From: an uncultured bacterium
Lineage (GTDB): Bacteria > Patescibacteriota > Minisyncoccia > UBA6257 > GWB1-50-10
Direction of reading: 5' to 3'
NCBI GenBank assembly: GCA_963722655.1
Contig: CAVRNT010000001.1
Location: forward strand, 162,612 to 226,611
Length of the DNA: 64,000 nt
Of the stretch, positions 27,066-36,818 are shown in pieces. Made by a program: the position numbers and the translations under genes. The first letter of the stretch is position 1, and each line of letters begins with the position of its first letter. A model generated the notes under the pieces. It was not told the DNA's origin and searched no databases. It worked only from the letters and a program-made list of their open reading frames with translations.

Positions 27066-29321
27066 ATGAAGAGAAAAATAATTTCTCTGTCTGTGATCTT
27101 TTGTGGAGCGGCCGTCGCGGTCTTTATATTAGTCGGATATATCCCCGGCGCGAAGGCCGATACTAGTAACTTTTCGGCAAACGCTCCATCGGCTTGCGCC
27201 ATAGGCTTCAACTGGACCGAGACCGGCAATTCCCTGAACTACGACTACTATCAGTACAAGGCCTGGATTGGGAGGGCGTCCCAAGGGAGCTTGATTAATT
27301 GGGCGACCCTCGACAAAAGCAATATCACCCTGAGCGGTACCGGCCGGAGTTTTCTCATCACCAACGCAGCGTACGGCGACAAAGGTCCGAAGCCGAACAC
27401 CAGCTACTACGTAATGCTTCAAGGATGCCTGAACGTCGGCGGCTGCACCCCAATTTCCTCCAAGAGCGAGCCCTATCCGGTAAGGACCTCTGACATCGCC
27501 TCGCCGCCTGCCCCGCCGACCAGCTTGTCAACTTTAGGTTGGCCGGGTGATCTACCGAACATCGCTTGGCAGCCGTCCGCGACGCCGAGCTACAGCGGCT
27601 TCCGGATCTACCGTTCGGATACCGACACGAACGCCTCTTCGTTTACGAACGTCGACACTAAAAGCTCGGACGATTTTTTGAGCCAGAAAAGCCAATGGCA
27701 GGACAATAGTTTGAGCGGCACGTCGATCGCCACCAGCAGCCCGCATTTCTACGAAATCCAGACGTACGAAACCGATCAATATTGCCAACCCGTCGATAAC
27801 ACGACCTCCCAGAGCGCAAATTGGGTTAAATTCAACAGCACGCTTTCGACCATCCTCACGGTGCCGCAGACGCCCAACAAAGTCGGCCCCAATTCCATCA
27901 CCCAAACCAGTGGCCAGTTCAACGTCGTTTTCGGTTGGCAAAACGTACTCAATAACACCGGCTACAATTTTGACATCGCGAGCGACAAGAATTTCACAAA
28001 CATCGTGAATTCCCAATCTTACTCCCAGAACACGAATTCAACCCAATCGTTCACTCTATCCCCTAATCAAATCTTCTATTACCGCATTAAGGCCTTGAAC
28101 TCGAGCGCCGGGAATTCTTCATTCTCCGATTACGCGGCGGGCGTGATTCAGACCGGCCTCGTGGCGCCAGTCAATCCCGTGGCCGCCATCCTTTCCGCCG
28201 ATCCGACGGCGAAAAAGGTGACGGTCAATTTAGCTTGGTCGGACACAGCGCAGTATCAGCGCCAGATCGACATTTACCGCGGCACGGACGGCGCCAATTT
28301 CTCTCTGGTAGCGACCCTAAGCCCCTCAAGCTGCATCGGGGGATCGTGCATCTATCCGACATCGTACGTGGATAACAACAAAGGCGCCAAATTGGACATC
28401 GGCCCGACCTACTATTACAAGGTTTCGTTCGTCTATACTGATCCCATAATAATCGGCAGCGGGAACACAGTTGAGGTACCGAGCAGCGTGTTCAGCATCG
28501 ACTCCAACGTGACACCCCTGACGAATTACGCTTGGTCGGGCCAGGCGGCGAACGGCGGGACGGATCCCGGCATCGGCTGGATCAGCTTCAGCGCTGCGAA
28601 CGAGACGGGAGCCACTGCTCCTTACGGCGTCTTTATGAACACGAGTACCGGTGTGCTTTCCGGCTACGCTTGGACGGAGTGGAATGGCTGGCTCTCATTC
28701 AACCCGGGCGATCTTACAGGGTGTCACAGCGGAAATTGCAACGCGCAAGTGAATTTGTCCACTGGCCAAGTGTCCGGTTGGGCGAAGTTCATAGGCGCGG
28801 ACAGCACGCAAGGTGCCTGGGACGGCTGGGTGAGCTTAAGCGGGAGCAACGGTTTACCGCCCGGTAACGCTAGAGCCGTTTCGTGGGGAGTTACGTACGA
28901 TCCTTCGACGGGGAAATTCTCCGGCGAGGGATGGGGCGGCGACGTTGCCGGTTGGATCTCTTGGTGCGACAGCGCTCCTTTCGCGAGCGGCGCCAACCGA
29001 TACTGCGTCACGACCGGCGCCGGTACGTTGCCGAGTGCGAACGCCCCGACAATTATAAGTACCTCATCGACCGCAAATTCCATCACGGTCACGTGGACGA
29101 ACCCGATTAGTTATAGTCAGATACAGATCGAACAAACTAACGCACCTAATATGAGCGCTCAACAAATACAAGATAAGGGGAATTACATAGTGGTGAGAAC
29201 ATTTAATTCTAGTAATCCTAGTGATGCTGCATATACTAAAGCCATATCATCGATCTCTTATACTATTCCTAACCTCAACGCAAGCAGTACGTACGGCATT
29301 TTCGTTAGGGGAACTCCATAG
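27066..29321 (+). CDS. Secreted fibronectin type III repeat protein
   Basis: Signal peptide, several FN3-like units (FRIYRS, YYRIKA), GYAW..GWISF repeats. Confidence 0.78.
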   Translation: MKRKIISLSVIFCGAAVAVFILVGYIPGAKADTSNFSANAPSACAIGFNWTETGNSLNYDYYQYKAWIGRASQGSLINWATLDKSNITLSGTGRSFLITNAAYGDKGPKPNTSYYVMLQGCLNVGGCTPISSKSEPYPVRTSDIASPPAPPTSLSTLGWPGDLPNIAWQPSATPSYSGFRIYRSDTDTNASSFTNVDTKSSDDFLSQKSQWQDNSLSGTSIATSSPHFYEIQTYETDQYCQPVDNTTSQSANWVKFNSTLSTILTVPQTPNKVGPNSITQTSGQFNVVFGWQNVLNNTGYNFDIASDKNFTNIVNSQSYSQNTNSTQSFTLSPNQIFYYRIKALNSSAGNSSFSDYAAGVIQTGLVAPVNPVAAILSADPTAKKVTVNLAWSDTAQYQRQIDIYRGTDGANFSLVATLSPSSCIGGSCIYPTSYVDNNKGAKLDIGPTYYYKVSFVYTDPIIIGSGNTVEVPSSVFSIDSNVTPLTNYAWSGQAANGGTDPGIGWISFSAANETGATAPYGVFMNTSTGVLSGYAWTEWNGWLSFNPGDLTGCHSGNCNAQVNLSTGQVSGWAKFIGADSTQGAWDGWVSLSGSNGLPPGNARAVSWGVTYDPSTGKFSGEGWGGDVAGWISWCDSAPFASGANRYCVTTGAGTLPSANAPTIISTSSTANSITVTWTNPISYSQIQIEQTNAPNMSAQQIQDKGNYIVVRTFNSSNPSDAAYTKAISSISYTIPNLNASSTYGIFVRGTP

Positions 29322-29403
29322 AAAGGTTCTGTTTGTATGTTTGGAAAAGGCCCGCAATATTGTGGGCCTTTTTAATTAAAAACCTAGATAAAATCTGCCT
29401 AAT

Positions 29404-29516
29404 TTGACTTTTCCATATATTATGTGGTATAATAACTGTAGTTAAGGATCATCCTTAACCGCTAACTTTAAAACTAAACAATAGCTGAAACTAAAAAAAG
29501 AAAGGAGCGCTTTAGA
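29404..29516 (+). promoter_or_regulatory. Sigma70 promoter, 5' hairpin and SD
   Basis: TTGACT-18-TATAAT; gttaaggat-c-atccttaac; AAAGAAAGGAG. Confidence 0.72.
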
Positions 29517-30860
29517 ATGAAGCGTATGTTCTTCTTGGCGTTGGCGCTCCTTTTGAGCGTCGCGCCTTTGGCTTTCGGACAGCATTCCGACAGCGCTACA
29601 AAGACCGATTGGTCTTGGATATGGCCCGATGCGTCAGTAAGACGGGTATATCCCAATATCCACGCAATGGCTATTGACGGCGCAGGGGACATATTTGCAT
29701 CGATGATCGTTGATGACACAACCGATGGTTTATACATTTCACGCGATAACGGTCAGACATTTGCGAAAGTTCCAGCCTCGGCATTTGGCAATAAACTCGG
29801 TTCCAATGGTGCGTATGCAATTTGGACAATTTGTGCCAATACCAACGGAGTGTTTGTCGGAGCCGATCAGTATATTTTTAAGAGTACTGATTACGGGAAT
29901 AACTGGACGAAGGTGTTGTATAACTACAGCGAAGGTTACCACGCCCTAGTTTTTGACAGCAATAATACCGTATTTGCTGGTGGCGGCCGAGGGATCTACC
30001 GTTCAACAGATGGCGGGTTTACATGGATGAATGTTGATTCCAACGATTTATCTTCGGATAGAAAATTCTACTACGTAAACACTATGACCGTTTCGTCCAA
30101 CGGAACGATCTTCGCCGGTACTAGTTCCGGCCTCGGAGCCGGCGCTTACGGAATCCGCAGGTCAACAGACGGCGGGAACACCTGGGAATACGCCAATAAC
30201 GGTATCGGCAGTCACAACGACAGCACGTGGAACACCGACATCATCAGCATGGCGACATGCGGCAAGACGGTCTTCGCGGTCTCCAACCATCTCTATCGTT
30301 CAACTGACGGCGGGGATAGTTGGCAGATAGTCGGCGACTCTCTCTTCTACGGAGTTGAGAGCGGAGCGATCTTCGCCTCAAAAAAAGGCCTGATTGTCCC
30401 AACGCTGTATGCTCTTTGGATCACGACGGATCTCGGCGCTACTTGGCACGAACTCATCAACTTCTCGCTTCCCATTAACGTCTGGTCGGCAGCCCAATGG
30501 GATGCCGATAACAAGGTCCTTATGGGGATGTGGAACGGCCTCGCGGTCCTCACGATAGGGGATTTGACCCCCGTCATCGAGCACCAGCCGGTTGCGTCTA
30601 GTTTCCAGCTCTCCCAGAACTATCCGAACCCGTTCAATCCAACGACGACGATCAGTTACTCTCTGTCTCAGAGGACCTACGTAACCCTCAAGGTCTACAA
30701 CGTTCTCGGTCAGGAAGTAACGACTCTGGTTGACGGATATCAGTCACTCGGATCGCATCAGGTCACCTTTGACGGTTCGAAGCTTTCCTCCGGCACCTAT
30801 TTCTATAGGTTGCAGGCGGGAAGCTTCTCCGAGACGAAGAAGATGGTATTGATGAAGTAA
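29517..30860 (+). CDS. BNR/Asp-box beta-propeller protein with T9SS type A C-terminal sorting-like domain
   Basis: Repeated S-x-D-x-G-x-T/S-W Asp boxes; C-terminal [31 protein letters not shown]. Confidence 0.88.
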   Translation: MKRMFFLALALLLSVAPLAFGQHSDSATKTDWSWIWPDASVRRVYPNIHAMAIDGAGDIFASMIVDDTTDGLYISRDNGQTFAKVPASAFGNKLGSNGAYAIWTICANTNGVFVGADQYIFKSTDYGNNWTKVLYNYSEGYHALVFDSNNTVFAGGGRGIYRSTDGGFTWMNVDSNDLSSDRKFYYVNTMTVSSNGTIFAGTSSGLGAGAYGIRRSTDGGNTWEYANNGIGSHNDSTWNTDIISMATCGKTVFAVSNHLYRSTDGGDSWQIVGDSLFYGVESGAIFASKKGLIVPTLYALWITTDLGATWHELINFSLPINVWSAAQWDADNKVLMGMWNGLAVLTIGDLTPVIEHQPVASSFQLSQNYPNPFNPTTTISYSLSQRTYVTLKVYNVLGQEVTTLVDGYQSLGSHQVTFDGSKLSSGTYFYRLQAGSFSETKKMVLMK

Positions 30861-30966
30861 TGAGTCATCAATAGAGCCCAATTTCTCGCAAGAGGATTGG
30901 GCTCTTATATTTTCGACCACCCAAATTGGCTATTTGCCAGCTGCCGGAAGCGATATAATGAGGCGT

Positions 30967-32766
30967 ATGGTTATTACCCCGAAAACTAAAAGACGCAAAC
31001 TCACGCGGGGGACATTCGTGAAAGGGGCGAAGACCATCGCGAGATACCTGAAGCCCCACCGGCGGCTTCTCATTGTACTCACGATTGCCGGGGTTCTGGA
31101 TGCGACAATCCAGGCGTTCGTTCCGCTCGTCTCCGGGAAGATATTTGACTCAATTATCGCAATCGCAAGAAACCCAGTAGTGTCGTTAACCACTTTCTTT
31201 TGGCTTATTGCCACCTGGACCGCACTCCAGCTCGGCGACAATATCATAAGCTGGAGAACAACTCTTGCGAACACCGCGCTCTCGGCGCGGCTTGAGGCGG
31301 AATACATCGCAAATGGGTTCGGGAAACTCATCATGATGCCGATAGCGTTCCACGTCTCGAAAAAACACGGCGATATCACCGACCGTATCAGCCGCGCCGC
31401 CAGCTGGATTGATAACCTCGTCAGCAACGTTATCCTTTATCTTTCCCCAATGTTCTTGAGCATTTTCGTCGCGCTCGCAATCGCGTTCACCATCAACATC
31501 GACCTTTCATTGGTTCTCATAGCTGCAATTCTGGTTTACGGCGTTGTCCTTTGGCGGGCGATGCCCCGGCTCGCCGACCTGAATCTCCGCATGAACAAAG
31601 CGTACGGTCGCGCATACGGCAGTTATTACGATGCGATTGACAATGTTCGCGAGATTAAACTTGCGGCGACCGAACATACAGAACAGCGAAACGTATGGCG
31701 GAATTTCGTGGATCGCGCGGCGGCGTTCTGGATAGACTTGAACAAGGTCCAACAGCGGCTATCGATCGGTCAACGAGTCGTCGTGACCGTCACCCAGCTA
31801 TCCATATTCGTCATCTCTGTGTTCTTCGTCCAGCAGGGATCACTTACCCCCGGTGAGCTCGTGGCGTTCAACGGCTATGCTGCAATGATGCTGGGGCCTT
31901 TCGTTACGCTCGGACGCAACTGGCAGACCGTTCAGAATGGGCTTGTTGCCATCGTCCGCGCCGAAAAGGTTCTCGAGACGCCGACAGAAAATTACCAACC
32001 AAGGAACGCCGTGATCCCGAGAAAACTTTCGGGTGAGGTGGTTTTCAATGATGTTTCATTCGGTTATAAAGGGGGGAACGAAATTTTAAAACATGTTTCG
32101 TTCCACGTGCGGCCGGGCGAGAAAATCGCGCTCGTCGGCGAATCCGGCGTCGGCAAAACCACGCTTATCGACCTACTTGTTGGATTTTATTTCCCGCAGA
32201 GCGGGAATATTTACATAGACGGCAACGATATCCGTAATCTCGATCTGGCCGCTTACCGTGCTCATCTTGGCGTCGTGCCACAGGAACCCACGCTCTTCAA
32301 CGACCAGGTTGGTAAAAATATCGCCTACGGCAACAGTGGCGCGAGTGAGCGGGATATCATCACGGCAGCGAAGGAAGCATACGCGGACGATTTCATATCC
32401 AGCTTCCCCAAAAAATATAAGCAGCTCGTCGGTTGGCGCGGCGTAAAACTCTCTATAGGCCAAAAGCAGCGTATTGCTTTGGCCCGCGCCTTCCTCCGCA
32501 AGCCCGACATTCTCATCCTTGATGAACCAACCTCAGCGCTCGATGCCAACTCCGAACATTACATTAAAGCTGCGCTCCGCAAGCTCATGGAAGGACGTAC
32601 TACAATCATAATCGCGCATCGTTTGAGCACCATCCGGGAGATCGATACCATCCTCGTTTTCAAAGACGGTAGGATCGCCGAACGCGGCAGCCACGCCGAG
32701 CTTCTCAAGATCCCGAACGGCATCTATCGGAATTTATATAAATTGCAAATAGGATTTACGAAGTGA
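30967..32766 (+). CDS. ABC exporter (fused TMD-NBD, MdlB/MsbA-like)
   Basis: GESGVGKT, LSIGQKQR, ILDEPTS, AHRLST. Confidence 0.93.
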   Translation: MVITPKTKRRKLTRGTFVKGAKTIARYLKPHRRLLIVLTIAGVLDATIQAFVPLVSGKIFDSIIAIARNPVVSLTTFFWLIATWTALQLGDNIISWRTTLANTALSARLEAEYIANGFGKLIMMPIAFHVSKKHGDITDRISRAASWIDNLVSNVILYLSPMFLSIFVALAIAFTINIDLSLVLIAAILVYGVVLWRAMPRLADLNLRMNKAYGRAYGSYYDAIDNVREIKLAATEHTEQRNVWRNFVDRAAAFWIDLNKVQQRLSIGQRVVVTVTQLSIFVISVFFVQQGSLTPGELVAFNGYAAMMLGPFVTLGRNWQTVQNGLVAIVRAEKVLETPTENYQPRNAVIPRKLSGEVVFNDVSFGYKGGNEILKHVSFHVRPGEKIALVGESGVGKTTLIDLLVGFYFPQSGNIYIDGNDIRNLDLAAYRAHLGVVPQEPTLFNDQVGKNIAYGNSGASERDIITAAKEAYADDFISSFPKKYKQLVGWRGVKLSIGQKQRIALARAFLRKPDILILDEPTSALDANSEHYIKAALRKLMEGRTTIIIAHRLSTIREIDTILVFKDGRIAERGSHAELLKIPNGIYRNLYKLQIGFTK

Positions 32767-32815
32767 GGAAGTTTGGACAAATCATAAACGCCAAGGTTTT
32801 GCTATAATAGAAGTA

Positions 32816-34210
32816 TTGAAACCGGTATTCGGTCATAAGTCGATTGGCCTCACGGTGGCGCTTTTAGGAACGCTGGTTTTGAGTTTTCCCGCCGGAGCGG
32901 TCTTGGCCCAAACGCCGCCCTTCTACGACTCCCAGATCGTGACGGTGACGACGCTCGCGACGCCGCCGCCGGTCAATCTCGGCGCCGGTACCTACTCATT
33001 GGTATGCGCGCCTTCCCCGAACTCGGCGATATACCTCGGCTGGACGGCCAATGCATCGCCCGCCGTCGCTGGCACGGTTTATGCCTTTACCAACCCGACC
33101 TTTCGCCCGATAGACGGCACCGTGGTCACGACGGCCAACAGTTCCGGGAATTATTTGATGACCGTCACGTCCGGGGCGCCGAAATATTTTGAGATCCTTG
33201 GCAGCGGCTACAGCGCATTAAGCAACGTCGTCGGCCCGTGCAGTCCGCTCTCTCCGGTCTCGAGCGACGCGCCGACGCAGCTCAACGTCTTCACGAACGG
33301 TCCAGCCACCCTCTACCTGAACTGGAAGGACAACTCCACCTCCACCGCGACCTCAACCTTTGAGATCCAGCGCTTCCAAGTGACACCCGTCGCACCGTCG
33401 AATTTGAGCGTGACGCAAGCGGCAGGTTCGATGACGCTCCACTGGACCGACAATAATCCGACGGGAGGACCTCCCTTCTATGCGATCGTCGAGAGGAGTA
33501 ATGATACGAGCGCCGCCATGCGCTTCGACCCAATGAACGACCCGACACTCGTAACCTCCACCGTGAAGCAGGGGAACACATCCTTAACCGACGCCAATGG
33601 TCTGGTCATCGGCACGAACTATTACTACCGGGTGAAGGACGTTTCACAGCTCCCAGTGAGCAATTTCTATCAGATAGTCTCGGGGAGCACCGTCGCGAAG
33701 CCCGGGATCGCTTCGAGCACTTACGGAACACTTTTGCCGGTCACGTACACTCCGCCGGTCGGAATTAACCTCCTGAAGCAATCGCTCGGGAGCGTCATCG
33801 GCTGGCTCTTTGGGGCGCCGGTGGCCGAAGGCCAAACGTCACCGACCGTGAACTACGATAACTATTTCGCGACCATCGCGAGCAATGTCACCACGCCCTT
33901 TTACCCGGACTCCGGTCTTACACCCGGCACGGTCTATATGTACCGCGTCCGGCTCACGAAGGGGAGTTCAAGCACTTGGTCTAACATGGTCGCAGCCGTG
34001 ACGCTGCCGAGTGGCTCTTTGCCGAGTTGCCTTTCGGCTTCCCCGTCGAGTTGCGCCATAACGCCAATTTGTACTGCCTACGGTTACTGCGATCGCAGCG
34101 TCGCCGGCTATCGTTCTCCGGACTTCTCCCAGACGAGCGAATCGCAGTGCTCAGTCAACGCCGACTGCCGTAACGTCGGCCGGGCGAGCACGCAGACGCA
34201 GGAACAATAA
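32816..34210 (+). CDS. Secreted FN3-domain protein upstream of the pilus operon
   Basis: Signal peptide; LNWKDNS..FEIQR, YYYRVK, GLTPGTVYMYRVR; Cys-rich end. Confidence 0.75.
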   Translation: MKPVFGHKSIGLTVALLGTLVLSFPAGAVLAQTPPFYDSQIVTVTTLATPPPVNLGAGTYSLVCAPSPNSAIYLGWTANASPAVAGTVYAFTNPTFRPIDGTVVTTANSSGNYLMTVTSGAPKYFEILGSGYSALSNVVGPCSPLSPVSSDAPTQLNVFTNGPATLYLNWKDNSTSTATSTFEIQRFQVTPVAPSNLSVTQAAGSMTLHWTDNNPTGGPPFYAIVERSNDTSAAMRFDPMNDPTLVTSTVKQGNTSLTDANGLVIGTNYYYRVKDVSQLPVSNFYQIVSGSTVAKPGIASSTYGTLLPVTYTPPVGINLLKQSLGSVIGWLFGAPVAEGQTSPTVNYDNYFATIASNVTTPFYPDSGLTPGTVYMYRVRLTKGSSSTWSNMVAAVTLPSGSLPSCLSASPSSCAITPICTAYGYCDRSVAGYRSPDFSQTSESQCSVNADCRNVGRASTQTQEQ

Positions 34211-34259
34211 TCACGTTCTCGCCGCTTCCGTCGCCGGAATGCTAGAATGAACTTACAGA

Positions 34260-35366
34260 ATGTTCAATCCGCTTCAATTCTTCCGGAATTTTTTTCAGGA
34301 TATTGGTAATTTTGTGAGTGCCCGGTCGGTCCTCGGCGTCGACATCGGCACCTCCTCTATCAAGATGGTGGAGCTCGCCCGAAAGGGCGACACCCTAACG
34401 CTTCTGAACTACGGTATCTTAGGGTCGAATGACTACCTGAACCATCCGAATCGGGCCATCCAGACGAGTTCCCTGAAGTTATCCGAAAAGGACGCGGCGG
34501 TGATGCTCAAAACGCTCATCGGCGAGACGCAACCGAAGAGTCGCCTCGCCGTCGCGACCATCCCGGCCTTCGCTTCGTTCCAAACCTTGATCGACATGCC
34601 ACTCCTTTCGCCCGCCGAGACCGCGAAGGCTGTGGAATTCCAGGCGCCCCAATACATTCCCTTGCCCTTGAGCGACGTCGCGGTCGACTGGCTCAAGGTG
34701 GACGAGTTCCAGACGGAGAACCGCGAGGCCTATCAGCGGATATTTTTGATCGGCCTCCCGAAGGACGTCCTTGAACGCTACAAAAGAACCTTCCGCGACG
34801 CGGGCTTGAAGCTCACAGCTCTCGAACTGGACGGCATCGCTATTTCGCGCGCCCTTCTCGCCAAAGAAACCGAACCGACACTTCTCATCGACCTTGGGGC
34901 GGTCGCTTCGGAGATTTTCGTCGTCCGGGAGGGCCGCTTGCTTTACGCGAGCCAGACGGATTATGGCGGTATTTACCTCACGCAGGCAATTGCGCGGAGC
35001 CTGGGACTAACGAACTCCCGGGCGGAAGAACTCAAGCGCCGCAAGGGTCTCACGGGCGGCGGCGCCGAGGCCGAGTTATCAACATTAACACTGCCTTTTT
35101 TGGATGTTATAATACAGGAGGTGAGCCACACGCGTGACGTCGTCGAGCGCCGGTACGGCCGCCCCATCAAACGAGCAATGCTCACGGGCGCGGGGGCGAA
35201 TCTCCTCGGGGTGGAGAAGTATTTCGGAAGCCAGCTAGACCTGCCTGTCGCGAAACCCAACCCCTTCCTCAACGTCAGCTACCCGGTGACCTTGGAACCA
35301 CTACTCCTGGAGCTCCAGAACGAACTGCCGGTCGCGATGGGGGCCGCGGAAAGATATTTTAGTTAG
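34260..35366 (+). CDS. pilM: Type IV pilus assembly protein PilM
   Basis: LGVDIGTSSIKMVEL, IDLGA, LTGAGANL. Confidence 0.93.
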   Translation: MFNPLQFFRNFFQDIGNFVSARSVLGVDIGTSSIKMVELARKGDTLTLLNYGILGSNDYLNHPNRAIQTSSLKLSEKDAAVMLKTLIGETQPKSRLAVATIPAFASFQTLIDMPLLSPAETAKAVEFQAPQYIPLPLSDVAVDWLKVDEFQTENREAYQRIFLIGLPKDVLERYKRTFRDAGLKLTALELDGIAISRALLAKETEPTLLIDLGAVASEIFVVREGRLLYASQTDYGGIYLTQAIARSLGLTNSRAEELKRRKGLTGGGAEAELSTLTLPFLDVIIQEVSHTRDVVERRYGRPIKRAMLTGAGANLLGVEKYFGSQLDLPVAKPNPFLNVSYPVTLEPLLLELQNELPVAMGAAERYFS

Positions 35367-35927
35367 ATGCCGGAACAATCCAATCAGCCAGTTTTCAGGG
35401 AACAGTTTGTGACCGAGCCGGTCGCGGTGGGTTTCCCGTGGCGGCTTTTCGTCTTCTCGCTCGTCCTCTTTCTTCTCTCCCTCCTCATCTATTTCGGCTT
35501 GAAGTTCGGCTACGAAAATTATCTCCAGAATCAGGCGACGAGCGTGGATGGCCAGTTGAACCAGCTTTCAAACGCGGTGAGCCAGCAGGATCAGCAGCAG
35601 TTCGTGGGTTTCTATTCCCAGCTCGTGAATTTGAAGACAATCTTCGCTTCGCACGTCTTCTCCGCCAACAGCCTTCCGTTCCTCGAGAGGGACACCTTGC
35701 CGCAGGTCTACTACACCGACGCAAAATTCTCGGCGGGCGGTGACGCCCTTACCTTGACCGGCCAAGCCTCGTCGCTCCAGGTCCTCGCCGAGCAGATGGC
35801 GGAGTTCGAGCAGGCACCGGAGCTCCAGTCGGCGACGCTCTCGAGCACCGCCTTCAACCCGGGCGGCGCCGTGAGTTTCTCGGTCGATCTCGTTTTCAAA
35901 CCAACCTACCTCACCCAACCCCAATAA
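35367..35927 (+). CDS. pilN: PilN-like protein
   Basis: Single TM, coiled coil, LTLTGQASS; position after pilM. Confidence 0.75.
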   Translation: MPEQSNQPVFREQFVTEPVAVGFPWRLFVFSLVLFLLSLLIYFGLKFGYENYLQNQATSVDGQLNQLSNAVSQQDQQQFVGFYSQLVNLKTIFASHVFSANSLPFLERDTLPQVYYTDAKFSAGGDALTLTGQASSLQVLAEQMAEFEQAPELQSATLSSTAFNPGGAVSFSVDLVFKPTYLTQPQ

Positions 35928-35928
35928 A

Positions 35929-36516
35929 ATGAAGGCTTCGTCCAAAAGAATATTGAGCATCTTGTTCTCGGCGGTCTTCCTCCTCGGGACGCTCATCGTG
36001 TACGGCAATCTGATCCAGCCCGAGATTACCGCCGCGAGCGCACTGCAATCCCTCGTCGCTTCGAAGACCAACCTCTTGAACAGCCAAAAGACCGCCGTCG
36101 CCCAGGTCTCGCAGCTCATCGGCCAGTTCCAAAACGCCGCGGCCCTCCAGCGGACGGTCTCACTCGCCATCCCAATCGGCCCGAACACGACGCAGATCCT
36201 GAACCAGTGGCAGGCCATGGCCCAGGCCGCCGGCGTCAGCCTCCAGTCGCTGAACGTCCAACCGGCGCCGCCCGCGGGGCCGGTCGCCGCGACGAGCACC
36301 CTCGTCAAGAATCCTGGCAGCGTCGCGATCACGGTCACCGCCGTCGGACCCTACACCTCGCTCAAGCAGTTCCTGCAATCCTTGGAGACGAACGTCCGGG
36401 TGACGAACGTGAACTCCTTTGAATTGAACGCCCTCCAAGGCAGCGGTCAGGGCGGGCCGGGGAACGGGGTTTACGCCCTCCAAGCGAGCGTCGCCGCTTT
36501 CTATCAAATCAACTAA
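35929..36516 (+). CDS. pilO: PilO-like protein
   Basis: GPYTSLKQFLQSLETNVRV; position. Confidence 0.8.
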   Translation: MKASSKRILSILFSAVFLLGTLIVYGNLIQPEITAASALQSLVASKTNLLNSQKTAVAQVSQLIGQFQNAAALQRTVSLAIPIGPNTTQILNQWQAMAQAAGVSLQSLNVQPAPPAGPVAATSTLVKNPGSVAITVTAVGPYTSLKQFLQSLETNVRVTNVNSFELNALQGSGQGGPGNGVYALQASVAAFYQIN

Positions 36517-36517
36517 C

Positions 36518-36811
36518 ATGGCCATCGTAATGGAACAAGAGAAAAAGAAGGTGAACTGGTTCAATCTGATCCTCGTTGCGCTCTTCATCATCGTCCTCTT
36601 CCTCGTCACCTATTTCATCTTCTTCAAAAAACCGGAACTGATCGACGTCGTCGCGCCCGGTTCCCTCCAAAGCATCAGCCAGATCTCGCAGATCCAGCTC
36701 GATCCGACGCCGGTCGTCCAGACCTTGAACAAGTACTTCACGGGCAACTACGGCGGGACGCTCACTATCCCGACGCCGGGCAGAACGAACCCGTTCGCGC
36801 CGTACCAGTAA
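36518..36811 (+). CDS. Small membrane protein of the pilus operon
   Basis: TM + GRTNPFAP C-terminus (PilP-like position). Confidence 0.65.
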   Translation: MAIVMEQEKKKVNWFNLILVALFIIVLFLVTYFIFFKKPELIDVVAPGSLQSISQISQIQLDPTPVVQTLNKYFTGNYGGTLTIPTPGRTNPFAPYQ

Positions 36812-36818
36812 AATCCGC

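Noticed and set aside
35100-35125. TATAAT..AGGAGG inside pilM as an internal promoter
   Set aside because: Explained by the coding sequence (DVIIQEV); no suitable downstream start supports it.
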